From IMG/VR virus record IMGVR_UViG_3300009314_000003, positions 83,989-147,988 of that record: a DNA stretch of 64,000 nucleotides; one strand, given 5' to 3'. Origin of the DNA: a virus. Under the pieces are notes generated by a model, which saw nothing but the letters and a program-made list of their open reading frames with translations, was not told the DNA's origin and ran no database searches. The position numbers were made by a program, and so were the translations under genes. Shown here in pieces: positions 41,312-49,721 of this stretch (position 1 is its first letter; the number at the start of each line of letters is the position of its first letter).

Positions 41312-41611
41312 ATGACTATACTAGATGATAAGGGTTTACCGGCCCAACAAGGAAATATCTGTGATATTAATAATAAGAAATCATTAATTGTTATCTCTGA
41401 AGTATCATTAGAGAAAGGGAAAAAAGCTTTGGCCCTGGATGTTATGGAAAAGGAACTTACTCCTATAGACATACTGCAAATTATAAAGATCGTTGCAGAT
41501 CAAGTAGGCCCGGCGGCTATGAAACAGATGCAGGAACAGGGTTCAGCTATACAAACTGTACCTGCAAGTACCCTGGAGGATGTTAAGAGGCGGGTCAAAT
41601 TAGATAGATGA
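41312..41611 (+). CDS. hypothetical protein
   Basis: AAAGGAG RBS; ATGA overlap with the next gene. Confidence 0.65.
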   Translation: MTILDDKGLPAQQGNICDINNKKSLIVISEVSLEKGKKALALDVMEKELTPIDILQIIKIVADQVGPAAMKQMQEQGSAIQTVPASTLEDVKRRVKLDR

Positions 41612-42213
41612 CAGAGAAGCTCCTCAAATCTATCCACATTTTTTTCACCGTGGCCCTGGTATTTGTGGTACTTTACTACTATTCCCGCGGGCCTGTCAAG
41701 GAGATACTTATTGAGAGGGAAGTAGAAACAATAATTGATACCGTTACCATCACAGAGATTGAAGAGCGTTGGCAGGAAATTGTAACCATGGTTCACGACA
41801 CGGTAATTACTACCCAACCGGATACTATTCTAGTAACCCAGGAAGTCCCGCTTTGGTCCATTAAACAATTAATATATCGCCTTTACTATTCCCCACCTAA
41901 GTTAGAGTATTCCATTATTCAGAGGTATGATAGTACTCAACAACTAATTCACTACCAGTATTCAGATGTCCCATGGGGCTTCGCTTTGTCCCCCCAAGAA
42001 ACAGGCCCACCACAACTAACAAGCTTTAATCTCCCAGAACCACCGGCCCTGGCCTATGGCCCCCGTTGGGGCCTGGGAATATCTCTGACTCAGGAAGGTA
42101 TTTCACCGGCAGGCTTTGCCGAGTACTATCTCCGCTGGAAGAGATGGACCCTTACAGGCCGTAGTAATATTACTCTTCAAGGTGTAACAGCAGATATCTA
42201 CCTAAGTTGGTAG
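41608..42213 (+). CDS. membrane-anchored spanin-like lysis accessory protein
   Basis: N-terminal TM helix, DTV-rich stalk (IIDTVTI, VHDTVI, PDTIL) and C-terminal amphipathic beta strands ending in W. Confidence 0.5.
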   Translation: MTEKLLKSIHIFFTVALVFVVLYYYSRGPVKEILIEREVETIIDTVTITEIEERWQEIVTMVHDTVITTQPDTILVTQEVPLWSIKQLIYRLYYSPPKLEYSIIQRYDSTQQLIHYQYSDVPWGFALSPQETGPPQLTSFNLPEPPALAYGPRWGLGISLTQEGISPAGFAEYYLRWKRWTLTGRSNITLQGVTADIYLSW

Positions 42214-42441
42214 GTATGCACATAGCAAACAAACTCTCTCTCTCTGCCGTTATTACTGTTCTTATGTCTCTTCTCATTAACTTGCACGCAAGACGTAGGA
42301 ATACCCGATGATCCGTCTTGCAGTCAAACAGTTTGACACTCCGCATACACTCTATAGACTGGAACACATAATCGAGTCAAATAAAGATTTTGAGTGTTGG
42401 GGCATATAAAACAACAGTACCATCCTAATTCAAAGTAGTTT

Positions 42442-43005
42442 ATGAACAAGCTATGGTCTAGTCCGCGTACAAACAAGACTAATAGTACTACTATTAAATA
42501 TGCCGGGGGAAAGAAGAGTAGGGATAAGTTCAGGAAGGCCAGGAAACGTAGAAAGCCGAAAGGATCAAAGTTACAAACTAAGCTTGCACATCTAGCTAAA
42601 GCTATATTAAAAGGACACCCTAAATACCACCAGGAAGCTACTTGGCCCTGGTTATTGTCACCTAAACAAGCACCGATGTTTGTTGATATATATTTCCCAT
42701 CACTTAAACTCTGCATCGAGCTGAATGGCCCACAGCATTATAATTGGCCTAACAGATTTCACCGAACTAAGAAAGCCTTTGAGGAACAACTAAAGAGGGA
42801 TAAACTTAAGAAAAAGCTCTTGAAGGAGCATGGCTACACAGTAATAGTCTGGCCCCATACAACATTTCTGTCGAAGAGAGCTGTCTATCTACAGTTGAAG
42901 GAGTTGGGGTATGAAGTGGAGATACCGCCGCGAGCTAAGCCTGGGACCAGGAAGAAGAAGAAGAGAAAGGGATCAAGGAAGCACAAGCTTCTCCGTATGT
43001 CCTAA
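42442..43005 (+). CDS. PD-(D/E)XK (Vsr/DUF559-like) endonuclease
   Basis: FVDIYFPSLKLCIELNGPQHY ... RDKLKKKLLKEHGYTVIVW; very basic termini. Confidence 0.75.
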   Translation: MNKLWSSPRTNKTNSTTIKYAGGKKSRDKFRKARKRRKPKGSKLQTKLAHLAKAILKGHPKYHQEATWPWLLSPKQAPMFVDIYFPSLKLCIELNGPQHYNWPNRFHRTKKAFEEQLKRDKLKKKLLKEHGYTVIVWPHTTFLSKRAVYLQLKELGYEVEIPPRAKPGTRKKKKRKGSRKHKLLRMS

Positions 43006-43072
43006 CCTCCCCAGGAAGTTCTTTTAACTGCTGACCGGCTTCTTTCTGTAACCCACCAAAGGTATACCGAGT

Positions 43073-43230
43073 TCAATCTCTTCCTGGAGTACCGTGAACT
43101 ACCCACCCGCGCAACAGGCAACACCGCAGGGACTGGAGATGGTAGTCAATGGCCTCTGGATAGTTCCCCTGCTTAAAATGGAGGTAGGCTAAGTTCTGGA
43201 GGGCTGGGACATCTGATTGATATTCAGAAG
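43073..43230 (-). pseudogene. TPR-repeat gene relic
   Basis: Start-less frame reads DVPALQNLAYLHFKQGNYPEAIDYHLQSLR, a canonical TPR pattern. Confidence 0.55.
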
Positions 43231-43308
43231 TGGTAGCGGGAACCGGATTCGAACCTGCGGCCCCCTGCTCCCAAAGCAGGTGCGCTGCCCGGGCTGCGCC
43301 ACTATCCG
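43231..43308 (-). tRNA. chimeric pseudo-tRNA: tRNA-Pro(UGG) body with tRNA-fMet-like 3' end
   Basis: CGGATAG TG GCGC AGCCCGGGCA GCGC A CCTGC TT TGG GA GCAGG GGGCC GCAGG TTCGAAT CCGGT TCCCGCT A CCA. D and anticodon arms pair; acceptor stem does not and the T stem is disrupted. Confidence 0.8.
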
Positions 43309-43329
43309 ATATTGCTATGTAGGTAAGCT

Positions 43330-43365
43330 GGGTATGAAGCTTTTTACACTACATACCCAGCACAA
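43330..43365 (-). repeat. 36-bp hairpin-forming intergenic repeat, copy 1
   Basis: Identical to 44033-44068; stem GCTGGGTATG/CATACCCAGC. Confidence 0.9.
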
Positions 43366-43409
43366 CTCTACCTGCCCGGCAGACTAGAGCGGTTAAAAGC
43401 TCTGCCGAT

Positions 43410-43610
43410 TTACTTCTTCTTTGGTTCTTCTGGATTAAGAGCTAGGTACTTGCTTATAAAAGCAACCATGTTAGCCAGCCAAATATCATCCTTAGTTGAA
43501 GGAGTTATTTTGACTACTATACTGGCAACTGCAACGATATAGATATATATCTCTGCAATATTTGCCCAATTAACCTTAAACCAGGAAAGCAAATCAAATA
43601 TGAAACTCAT
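43410..43610 (-). CDS. putative holin
   Basis: 66 aa; TM helix followed by VKITPSTKDD and basic C-terminus; GGAGG RBS. Confidence 0.65.
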   Translation of the reverse strand: MSFIFDLLSWFKVNWANIAEIYIYIVAVASIVVKITPSTKDDIWLANMVAFISKYLALNPEEPKKK

Positions 43611-43699
43611 GAGATTAGTCCTCCTATATTAGTTTCGTGGAAACCCTTTAATGTTGGGGCCGTCTTTTCCCTCATTCTTTATCAGGGGCATCTGTTTAG

Positions 43700-44005
43700 T
43701 TATGTCATGTTAGTTTTCATTCCTATGTTGTTCTCGGCCTCTAGTAACCGGCGGGCCTTCTTGGTAGTTCTGCTTTTCCTTTTCTCCTTTTTATCATTCC
43801 CTGGTACATAGATAACTTCACAGTCTGCACATACCTCCTCATTGGGAATAGGCGTATACAATTCATTGTGTGAAGAGGAATAAGCTCCGGGATTCTCTAT
43901 AGCGGTCTCAACCATATCAATAAACCTATCAAACAAAGAATTAATATAGTTAGCGTACCTTGTGTACTCCCTTAAAACCTTTGTTATTATAGTAGGTTCA
44001 AGCAT
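43700..44005 (-). CDS. hypothetical protein
   Basis: AAGGAGGT RBS. Confidence 0.65.
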   Translation of the reverse strand: MLEPTIITKVLREYTRYANYINSLFDRFIDMVETAIENPGAYSSSHNELYTPIPNEEVCADCEVIYVPGNDKKEKRKSRTTKKARRLLEAENNIGMKTNMT

Positions 44006-44032
44006 AATCTTACCTCCTTACGTAGGTGGGCC

Positions 44033-44068
44033 GGGTATGAAGCTTTTTACACTACATACCCAGCACAA
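44033..44068 (-). repeat. 36-bp hairpin-forming intergenic repeat, copy 2
   Basis: Identical to 43330-43365; flanking difference gives a U-G pair on the - strand. Confidence 0.9.
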
Positions 44069-44101
44069 TTCTACTTACTTAGCCATGACACACAATCAGG
44101 A

Positions 44102-44545
44102 CTAGCTTATCTTAACCTTAATACCCTCAGGCTCGGTCTCTTCCTGTTTAGGCAAGGTAATGGTAAGAACACCATTACAATAAGAGGCCGAAACCTTCTC
44201 ACCGTTTACAGTCGTTGGTAGAGTTACCCTGCGCATGAAGGTACCGGTACTGCGCTCCTGGCGGAAGTGTTCTACCTCTTCCTCGGTGCGCTCACCGGCG
44301 ATGGTTAGGGTACCATCATCTATAGAGATGTCAATATCTTTCTTCTTCATCCCTGGTAGCTCTACAGCTATCTGGTAAGCGTCACCCTGTTCCGTTATGT
44401 CCAGGGCAGGACGCCACGAGTTTCCAAACTTTCTGCGAAGGAAGAAGTCGTCACTCATGACCTCTTCCATCATCCTTTCAAATGTATTCGTCACACGAAA
44501 GGGGAAGATTGAAAATGGACTGTGTTGTTTAACTAGCTGTATCAT
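44102..44545 (-). CDS. small heat-shock protein, Hsp20/alpha-crystallin family
   Basis: PALDITE...ELPGMKKKDIDISI...LTIAGER...ERSTGTFMRRVTLP...ASYCNGVLTITLPK. Confidence 0.95.
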   Translation of the reverse strand: MIQLVKQHSPFSIFPFRVTNTFERMMEEVMSDDFFLRRKFGNSWRPALDITEQGDAYQIAVELPGMKKKDIDISIDDGTLTIAGERTEEEVEHFRQERSTGTFMRRVTLPTTVNGEKVSASYCNGVLTITLPKQEETEPEGIKVKIS

Positions 44546-44613
44546 TTCTGTTCTTTCTCCTTTTATTGTTGGGTTAGTAAGATGTAATCTATATGTTAGC
44601 TGCTTTATAGTAG

Positions 44614-44629
44614 AGCAACTTCTGTGCCA
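44614..44629 (-). promoter_or_regulatory. sigma54 (RpoN) -24/-12 promoter of hsp20
   Basis: TGGCAC AGAAG TTGCT matches TGGCAC-N5-TTGCW exactly, 68 bp upstream of the start codon. Confidence 0.75.
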
Positions 44630-44722
44630 CTGAATCTAATTATGTCACTTTATCAGGCCGGAGGGCCCAACTATATCACCTTGTCGGGCCGGTTGTGTCA
44701 GTGTGGCGAGCCTTTCACCCCA

Positions 44723-44888
44723 CTACTCTACCCATTGACGGGTTTCCTTCAAGATGCTCATCCGCCGAACGCCCTTACCCCCGTCTTGCCGTAACCACAG
44801 CTCAACGCGAGCTTCGTCAAGGGAATCAAATTTCAAGGGTTCACTATCCTGATTAGTCAGATAGATAAAGCCTTACCCTCCCTGCCAT
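44723..44888 (-). pseudogene. small frameshifted ORF
   Basis: Removing one copy of a TATC tandem (44860-44867) restores a 53-aa ORF, MAGRVRLYLTNQDSEPLKFDSLDEARVE..., coupled by TAATG to the upstream gene. Confidence 0.4.
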
Positions 44889-45367
44889 TACTTATACTCC
44901 TTCGATAGTTCCGCCGCCAGGTACAGGTAGTCCTCCAGGCGACAGATGATTACTTCGCCCTTCCGGGCTCTCTTCTTAATAGCCAGGACAGGAAGCTTAT
45001 CCTCTTCCCTTGCCTTCTTCATCACATCCTTCTGAAAGAATCGCCAGATACTCCATCGCCTCTGGTGTGGAGTCATAGTAATAGGTTCGAAGGTAGTGGC
45101 GTCACAGTTATGATAATAAGTATGGAAAATTACATAGACTTCCTTTCGGCTGATTGTCCAGCTCAATGGGATATTGCTCTTCCGGACCAGATTATAGATT
45201 GGCCGGAAGGGACTATCATCCCGGCTGAAATATTTTGCCTCTATGTAATAATCCTTGTGAAGGGTATCGCTCTGGGTATGACGAGAATTGCTACCGGAGA
45301 GAGGCGTACGATAGGTACCCAGCCTTCTGCCTAATTCCCGCTCAAATGCTTTCCATGCCTTACTCAT
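44888..45367 (-). CDS. Holliday junction resolvase-like PD-(D/E)XK nuclease
   Basis: WKAFEREL...RTPLSGS...DTL...IEAKY. Confidence 0.7.
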   Translation of the reverse strand: MSKAWKAFERELGRRLGTYRTPLSGSNSRHTQSDTLHKDYYIEAKYFSRDDSPFRPIYNLVRKSNIPLSWTISRKEVYVIFHTYYHNCDATTFEPITMTPHQRRWSIWRFFQKDVMKKAREEDKLPVLAIKKRARKGEVIICRLEDYLYLAAELSKEYK

Positions 45368-45727
45368 TTAATAGTACTCCTCATCATCATCTTCATATCT
45401 GCTATATGTTACAGACTCCTCAAAATAGCCATCCAGATTAGGGTCTGTTATTCCTTTACCGCCTGGCCCAATTTGCCCTCCCAGCTTATGCCATTGCCTA
45501 TGTATATCAGTCTTAATTTTAGCCAGCCAGTATTCTACATCCCGAGATTCCATTCCTAACATCTCAGCTACTTTATAGATTGGATGGTTATAATAGTAAT
45601 GCGCGAAAAAGGCAATGACACATATTGTTTTGTGCTGCTCTAGTACATCAGCGATCACCTCCCAGATATCAAGGCTCTTCATATACTTCCTTCCTATTTT
45701 GGTAGTGTTATAGCACATTTGGTACAT
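45368..45727 (-). CDS. sigma70 region 4-like HTH protein (start may be at MKSLD)
   Basis: YYYNHPIYKVAEMLGMESRDVEYWLAKIK. Confidence 0.55.
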   Translation of the reverse strand: MYQMCYNTTKIGRKYMKSLDIWEVIADVLEQHKTICVIAFFAHYYYNHPIYKVAEMLGMESRDVEYWLAKIKTDIHRQWHKLGGQIGPGGKGITDPNLDGYFEESVTYSRYEDDDEEYY

Positions 45728-46392
45728 TCATTACAAAGGGAGGAGGGTGTACCATAGTAAGCACCACGATTAATTAACTCCGCAATAACTTCATAACCAC
45801 ACTCAGGGTTATAAATAAAACTATCCACGTAGTTTAATAATGGATAAAATACATCAAGCTGAGTTGGTTTTGTATTGGTAGTTAGATGGTATGCTCGGGC
45901 ATGGTAGTTCGTATATTGCATCATAATACTTCTTTCCTTAGCATCCGGCAGCTCCGTAGTATAGCGGAGCCATGTTAAATTCAGATAACTAAGTTCCTCC
46001 CCCGTTCGTTTAAAGCGGACCAAGTCAACATGGGCGTCCATATTATTCGGGCCAAGGAATTCTTTTCTCCGAGGATGAATGAAATCATCCTCTCTTATAC
46101 CTTTGGAACTCCGCCAGATATCAGCACACCAAAAAGCGCTGTTAATCAGGTTGATAGTTGTAGAGTGAGTATCTTGAAATCCAATCCTTATCCGACGCTT
46201 TCGAGTCCGATTAGCAAAAGTTTGCATACAGAGAGGCACACCTATCCTACCAGCCATGATTCCTAGCACAAGATCGTGGACCATCTTCCTCACCTGACGA
46301 CAGTCAGCGTCTTCTTTTACCACCGGCAGCACAACTCTACGTAGCGGACATGTATTGGTATACCAGTATACCTGATCAAAGGTGATCGGCAT
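45694..46392 (-). CDS. degenerate Cas4/AddB-like nuclease-fold protein
   Basis: N-terminal CP plus C-terminal CxxC cysteines, AHVDLV and QY..Y..AY; catalytic ExK not recognisable. Confidence 0.4.
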   Translation of the reverse strand: MPITFDQVYWYTNTCPLRRVVLPVVKEDADCRQVRKMVHDLVLGIMAGRIGVPLCMQTFANRTRKRRIRIGFQDTHSTTINLINSAFWCADIWRSSKGIREDDFIHPRRKEFLGPNNMDAHVDLVRFKRTGEELSYLNLTWLRYTTELPDAKERSIMMQYTNYHARAYHLTTNTKPTQLDVFYPLLNYVDSFIYNPECGYEVIAELINRGAYYGTPSSLCNECTKCAITLPK

Positions 46393-46694
46393 TAGTCTGC
46401 TACTGTATACTCCTTCGGCTCCGGAGTGGGCCCAGGATCCATTGAGAACCCCTCCACAGCGTCCTGCCAGGCATCTTCAGGTGTATCTCCTGTGCCGGCC
46501 AGTGTCACGGAGAAGTGATAAGTCTGCTCCTCAAACAGATCAACCATAAAAGGCTCCCCTGTCTTTGTGTTGATCACACTAAAGACAGTTGCTGTAGACT
46601 TTAGGTCTCTCTGAATGACCCGGGCCTGTTTGGCTGCCCCCCGTGGAGATTCAGCGTCCAGGTCTATTTTCCAGGTAACTCTATACTCTTTCAT
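46392..46694 (-). CDS. hypothetical phage protein
   Basis: YRVTWKIDLDAESPRGAAKQA; GGAGG RBS; coupled to neighbours. Confidence 0.7.
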   Translation of the reverse strand: MKEYRVTWKIDLDAESPRGAAKQARVIQRDLKSTATVFSVINTKTGEPFMVDLFEEQTYHFSVTLAGTGDTPEDAWQDAVEGFSMDPGPTPEPKEYTVAD

Positions 46695-47200
46695 TCTACC
46701 TCCTTTAGTGCTTTGACCAGCACTTCCTTTACCTCTTCACACAACCCGGGCCGGGATGACTCCCTATGCCCCGCTATGTTGAGGACCTTAACCTTATTTC
46801 GCTCCACGAAGTTCCGGATCCTACCGGCGGTAGAATCGGTTATCTCTCGTACTACTAGCACGGGCCGGTGACCAACATCACTGCTCAGTGGTGTTTCGTA
46901 ATACCACTTACCATTGCGGGCATAGGCAATAGTCATATCCGTTCCTGCCGACCTCATCAGACGAAAGGCAACGGTACCATCAGATTCATCTACGTTCCTC
47001 ATAGTTCGTGGTGGGTAAGCCGGGTTAGAATGCTCCAACAGACCAAAATAGGCCAGGGAGTTGTCTCGACCCCGCTCAGTTCTATAGCCCAGGGGAGCAG
47101 TTCCACCCGTCTCCAGTCCAAGTTCCCTGCCCGCCTCCAAACCGCCGCGATCAGCCCCTGTCTGTCCCCCAGATATAATCTTCTCTAGATATAGTTTCAT
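46691..47200 (-). CDS. SLOG-superfamily protein (putative molybdenum-carrier/YpsA-like)
   Basis: KIISGGQTGADRGGL, RTMRNVDESDGT, VLNIAGHRES. Confidence 0.9.
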   Translation of the reverse strand: MKLYLEKIISGGQTGADRGGLEAGRELGLETGGTAPLGYRTERGRDNSLAYFGLLEHSNPAYPPRTMRNVDESDGTVAFRLMRSAGTDMTIAYARNGKWYYETPLSSDVGHRPVLVVREITDSTAGRIRNFVERNKVKVLNIAGHRESSRPGLCEEVKEVLVKALKEVE

Positions 47201-47466
47201 ACCTTATACATCTTCCATTTTGGTTTAGTACCATAATTGACACCGGCAGCAACATGAGCCAATATCTCATCAAGAATAGCCTGGCCTTCCTCCTTCTTCA
47301 CAAATCGGAGAGGGAGGGATTGTTCTGCCGCGTTGCGCTCATTAACTCTAGGATCCTTGTATACCCAGGAAGTACAAATATTACCCTCCTTGGCATCATC
47401 AGTAACATATTCATACAATATCCGATCTAAATGGGATCCTACATAGTAGTTTCTTATCTCATACAT
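47197..47466 (-). CDS. hypothetical protein
   Basis: AAGGAGG RBS; ATGA overlap. Confidence 0.65.
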   Translation of the reverse strand: MYEIRNYYVGSHLDRILYEYVTDDAKEGNICTSWVYKDPRVNERNAAEQSLPLRFVKKEEGQAILDEILAHVAAGVNYGTKPKWKMYKV

Positions 47467-47487
47467 TATATGTATATCCTCCTTAAT

Positions 47488-47913
47488 TTATCCTAGTGAG
47501 ACCCACTCCCAGCGTCCGGGCTCCATATCCTTATCTCTCAGAACCTTCATCACACGGGTTTCCTTATACAAATCATCTTCATAGAACCTCAGGTAAACAG
47601 TATCCGCAGAGCCTGGATACATATCACAGAAATTTTCATCAGGTATATAGATTTCACAATCAATCTCAATACAATCGATGGTTAGAGTAACCATGTAGTC
47701 ATCCTGTGCCATTTCTTGAAGTATCCTCATAAATTCATCGTTCCGGGCATCTTCATCAAGGACAGTGTAGGCCAGTAAAGAGCCACACCCTGAGTATAAT
47801 TCCCAACCATCTTCATCTATACTATCAATGATAAATGGTTCAACTTGTTTGATCTTCGATACCTCATCAAGGCAGACCGTGTAGGTTGAGGTGGGATAAT
47901 ATCTCACCCCCAT
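47488..47913 (-). CDS. acidic hypothetical protein
   Basis: GGAGGT RBS; 141 aa. Confidence 0.65.
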   Translation of the reverse strand: MGVRYYPTSTYTVCLDEVSKIKQVEPFIIDSIDEDGWELYSGCGSLLAYTVLDEDARNDEFMRILQEMAQDDYMVTLTIDCIEIDCEIYIPDENFCDMYPGSADTVYLRFYEDDLYKETRVMKVLRDKDMEPGRWEWVSLG

Positions 47914-47915
47914 AA

Positions 47916-49721
47916 TTAGAACCTCCTAAGTACTACTCTACTAAACTCCTGGGGAAGTTTAGTGATATTATCTACACTCACTAGATTATCAAAGGCGGCG
48001 CGCTCATACATACCACCTCCTCCTATAACAATACAGATTACCTGCACCTTCTGACGCTCTGCCATTTGCTTCAGATCCCGAATATTATAGCTACCACTTG
48101 TATCCCCATCAGTAAGAATAACTAGCAACTTTCGCTCCGCTTGATTATGCTCCAGCATCTTTAATCCCACACGATACGCAAGAGGTAGATTTGTACCTCC
48201 ATCGGCGCTGAGAGCACGATCAATCTCTGCATATATATCCCGTTTCCCATTTCTGATTGGGTACACCTCACAACCAAAGCCGAACATATCAAGCCGCAGT
48301 TCTGGTATGGTAGCTATGGCTTTGTGAAAAGTCGCCATAATCTTCTTACATATAGCAGATCGAGACCCAGCCATTGAACCAGAACGATCAAACATAAAGA
48401 CAGCGTGTGTACGACTTATAGCAGTCTTTACTCCCGTAATGTTTTGCATTATTCGTGCCTTCTCTAGGGGCATAGTTTTCACCTGATAGAAGTTTGGGGC
48501 GTGTAATTTGCGCCCCTCCACATCTATATATCGGCCCTTATATGCCCGGGCAAACATAAGGCGTTTAAAATATCGTCTAAGTTTAAAAGCTGCACTCTTA
48601 TTAGGCAGGGCTATTCCTGTATGATTTGAGGCTGGAGGTATAGAGGTATATCCATGCCCACCGTCATTCTCATCCTCTGGAATATATTGCTCTATATTGA
48701 GTCTCTTATCAAGTTTAGTTACAGCCCTACAGAGCTCCTCCTCGGACTGCCTTTCCTCGCGTAATTGATCATAACGTGCTGAGGCCTGGGAGGACTCAAA
48801 TTCCTCCTTAATTTTACTCTTAGCAAGTTTGTCAGCTGCCTGACCAACTATACTTTTCAGCTCCTCTGGAGATAATTTACCATCACCTCCAGCCCACCTT
48901 TGTAAAGGCTCTCCGGGGCCAACACCCCTGGACATTTCCTCTAGAGTAGGAATACTTTGACCCTGCACCAAATTCTTCTTCTCTTCCTCATACCACTTTC
49001 GAAAAATGGCTGCAAGATCATTTGTAAGAGTTGATCTCTGTTGGAAGAAGGTGTGTCTGTTGGGAGAGAAAAGACGACGGCAATCATGCATTACCTTTTT
49101 AATGTCTTCAAAGGTGTCGTGTAGGGGATGATCATCCGGGAGCTCTCGTATCACACCTCCACCAAATACTATGCCCAACATAGGCCGATAAATAGCGGCC
49201 ATTCTCACGAGAAGCTGGTATCTTTCCTTTACTGTGCCGTCCGGCAGGTCTTTTAAATCACCATGTAACGCCGTAGCAAACTCGTTGGATATCTGTAAGT
49301 ACCGCGTAGCACCAAACCACTCCGCCGGGATTACGTTATTCTCATTGGCATCATTTACTAGATTAGACATGAGCCGACGAAACTTACTTAACTCTATAGG
49401 TTCGCCAGAGATAATATGGCCCAACTCATGAAAGAGAGATGCCACCAGAATAGTCCACCACAATTCATCTTGCAATTCACCGGAGGTTCGTACACCCCAA
49501 AGAGCAATTACGGAGTCTTCTGTCAACGGAAGAGTTATCTGATACTTACCTTTAACCAGCTTCAGAAGGCGGGATTTTGGCTCTAATTCCACACCCATGA
49601 ACGGACCATCACATAGGTTAACATTAAGCACACCAAGCACCCGCTCCAAGTAATGCCTCACGGCGTAGTACATATTACCTTTCATAGTAACTCCTCTGTT
49701 TTTCTGCTTCGCATTTTCCAC
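47916..49721 (-). CDS. metallopeptidase-like plus vWA domain protein (CobT-like; start probably at MKGNM)
   Basis: HELGH (HEXXH) in the N-domain; MIDAS motifs DRSGSM, GGTN and LTDG. Confidence 0.85.
   Translation of the reverse strand: MENAKQKNRGVTMKGNMYYAVRHYLERVLGVLNVNLCDGPFMGVELEPKSRLLKLVKGKYQITLPLTEDSVIALWGVRTSGELQDELWWTILVASLFHELGHIISGEPIELSKFRRLMSNLVNDANENNVIPAEWFGATRYLQISNEFATALHGDLKDLPDGTVKERYQLLVRMAAIYRPMLGIVFGGGVIRELPDDHPLHDTFEDIKKVMHDCRRLFSPNRHTFFQQRSTLTNDLAAIFRKWYEEEKKNLVQGQSIPTLEEMSRGVGPGEPLQRWAGGDGKLSPEELKSIVGQAADKLAKSKIKEEFESSQASARYDQLREERQSEEELCRAVTKLDKRLNIEQYIPEDENDGGHGYTSIPPASNHTGIALPNKSAAFKLRRYFKRLMFARAYKGRYIDVEGRKLHAPNFYQVKTMPLEKARIMQNITGVKTAISRTHAVFMFDRSGSMAGSRSAICKKIMATFHKAIATIPELRLDMFGFGCEVYPIRNGKRDIYAEIDRALSADGGTNLPLAYRVGLKMLEHNQAERKLLVILTDGDTSGSYNIRDLKQMAERQKVQVICIVIGGGGMYERAAFDNLVSVDNITKLPQEFSRVVLRRF

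Noticed and set aside
42214-42441. Small ORFs (MHIANKLSLSAVITVL..., MIRLAVKQFDTPH...)
   Set aside because: About 31-33 aa with no RBS; possibly a decayed secreted-protein gene but not supportable.
43330-44068. CRISPR mini-array from the 36-bp palindromic repeats
   Set aside because: Only two copies, 703 bp apart with two genes between them; no spacer-sized interval and no cas operon.
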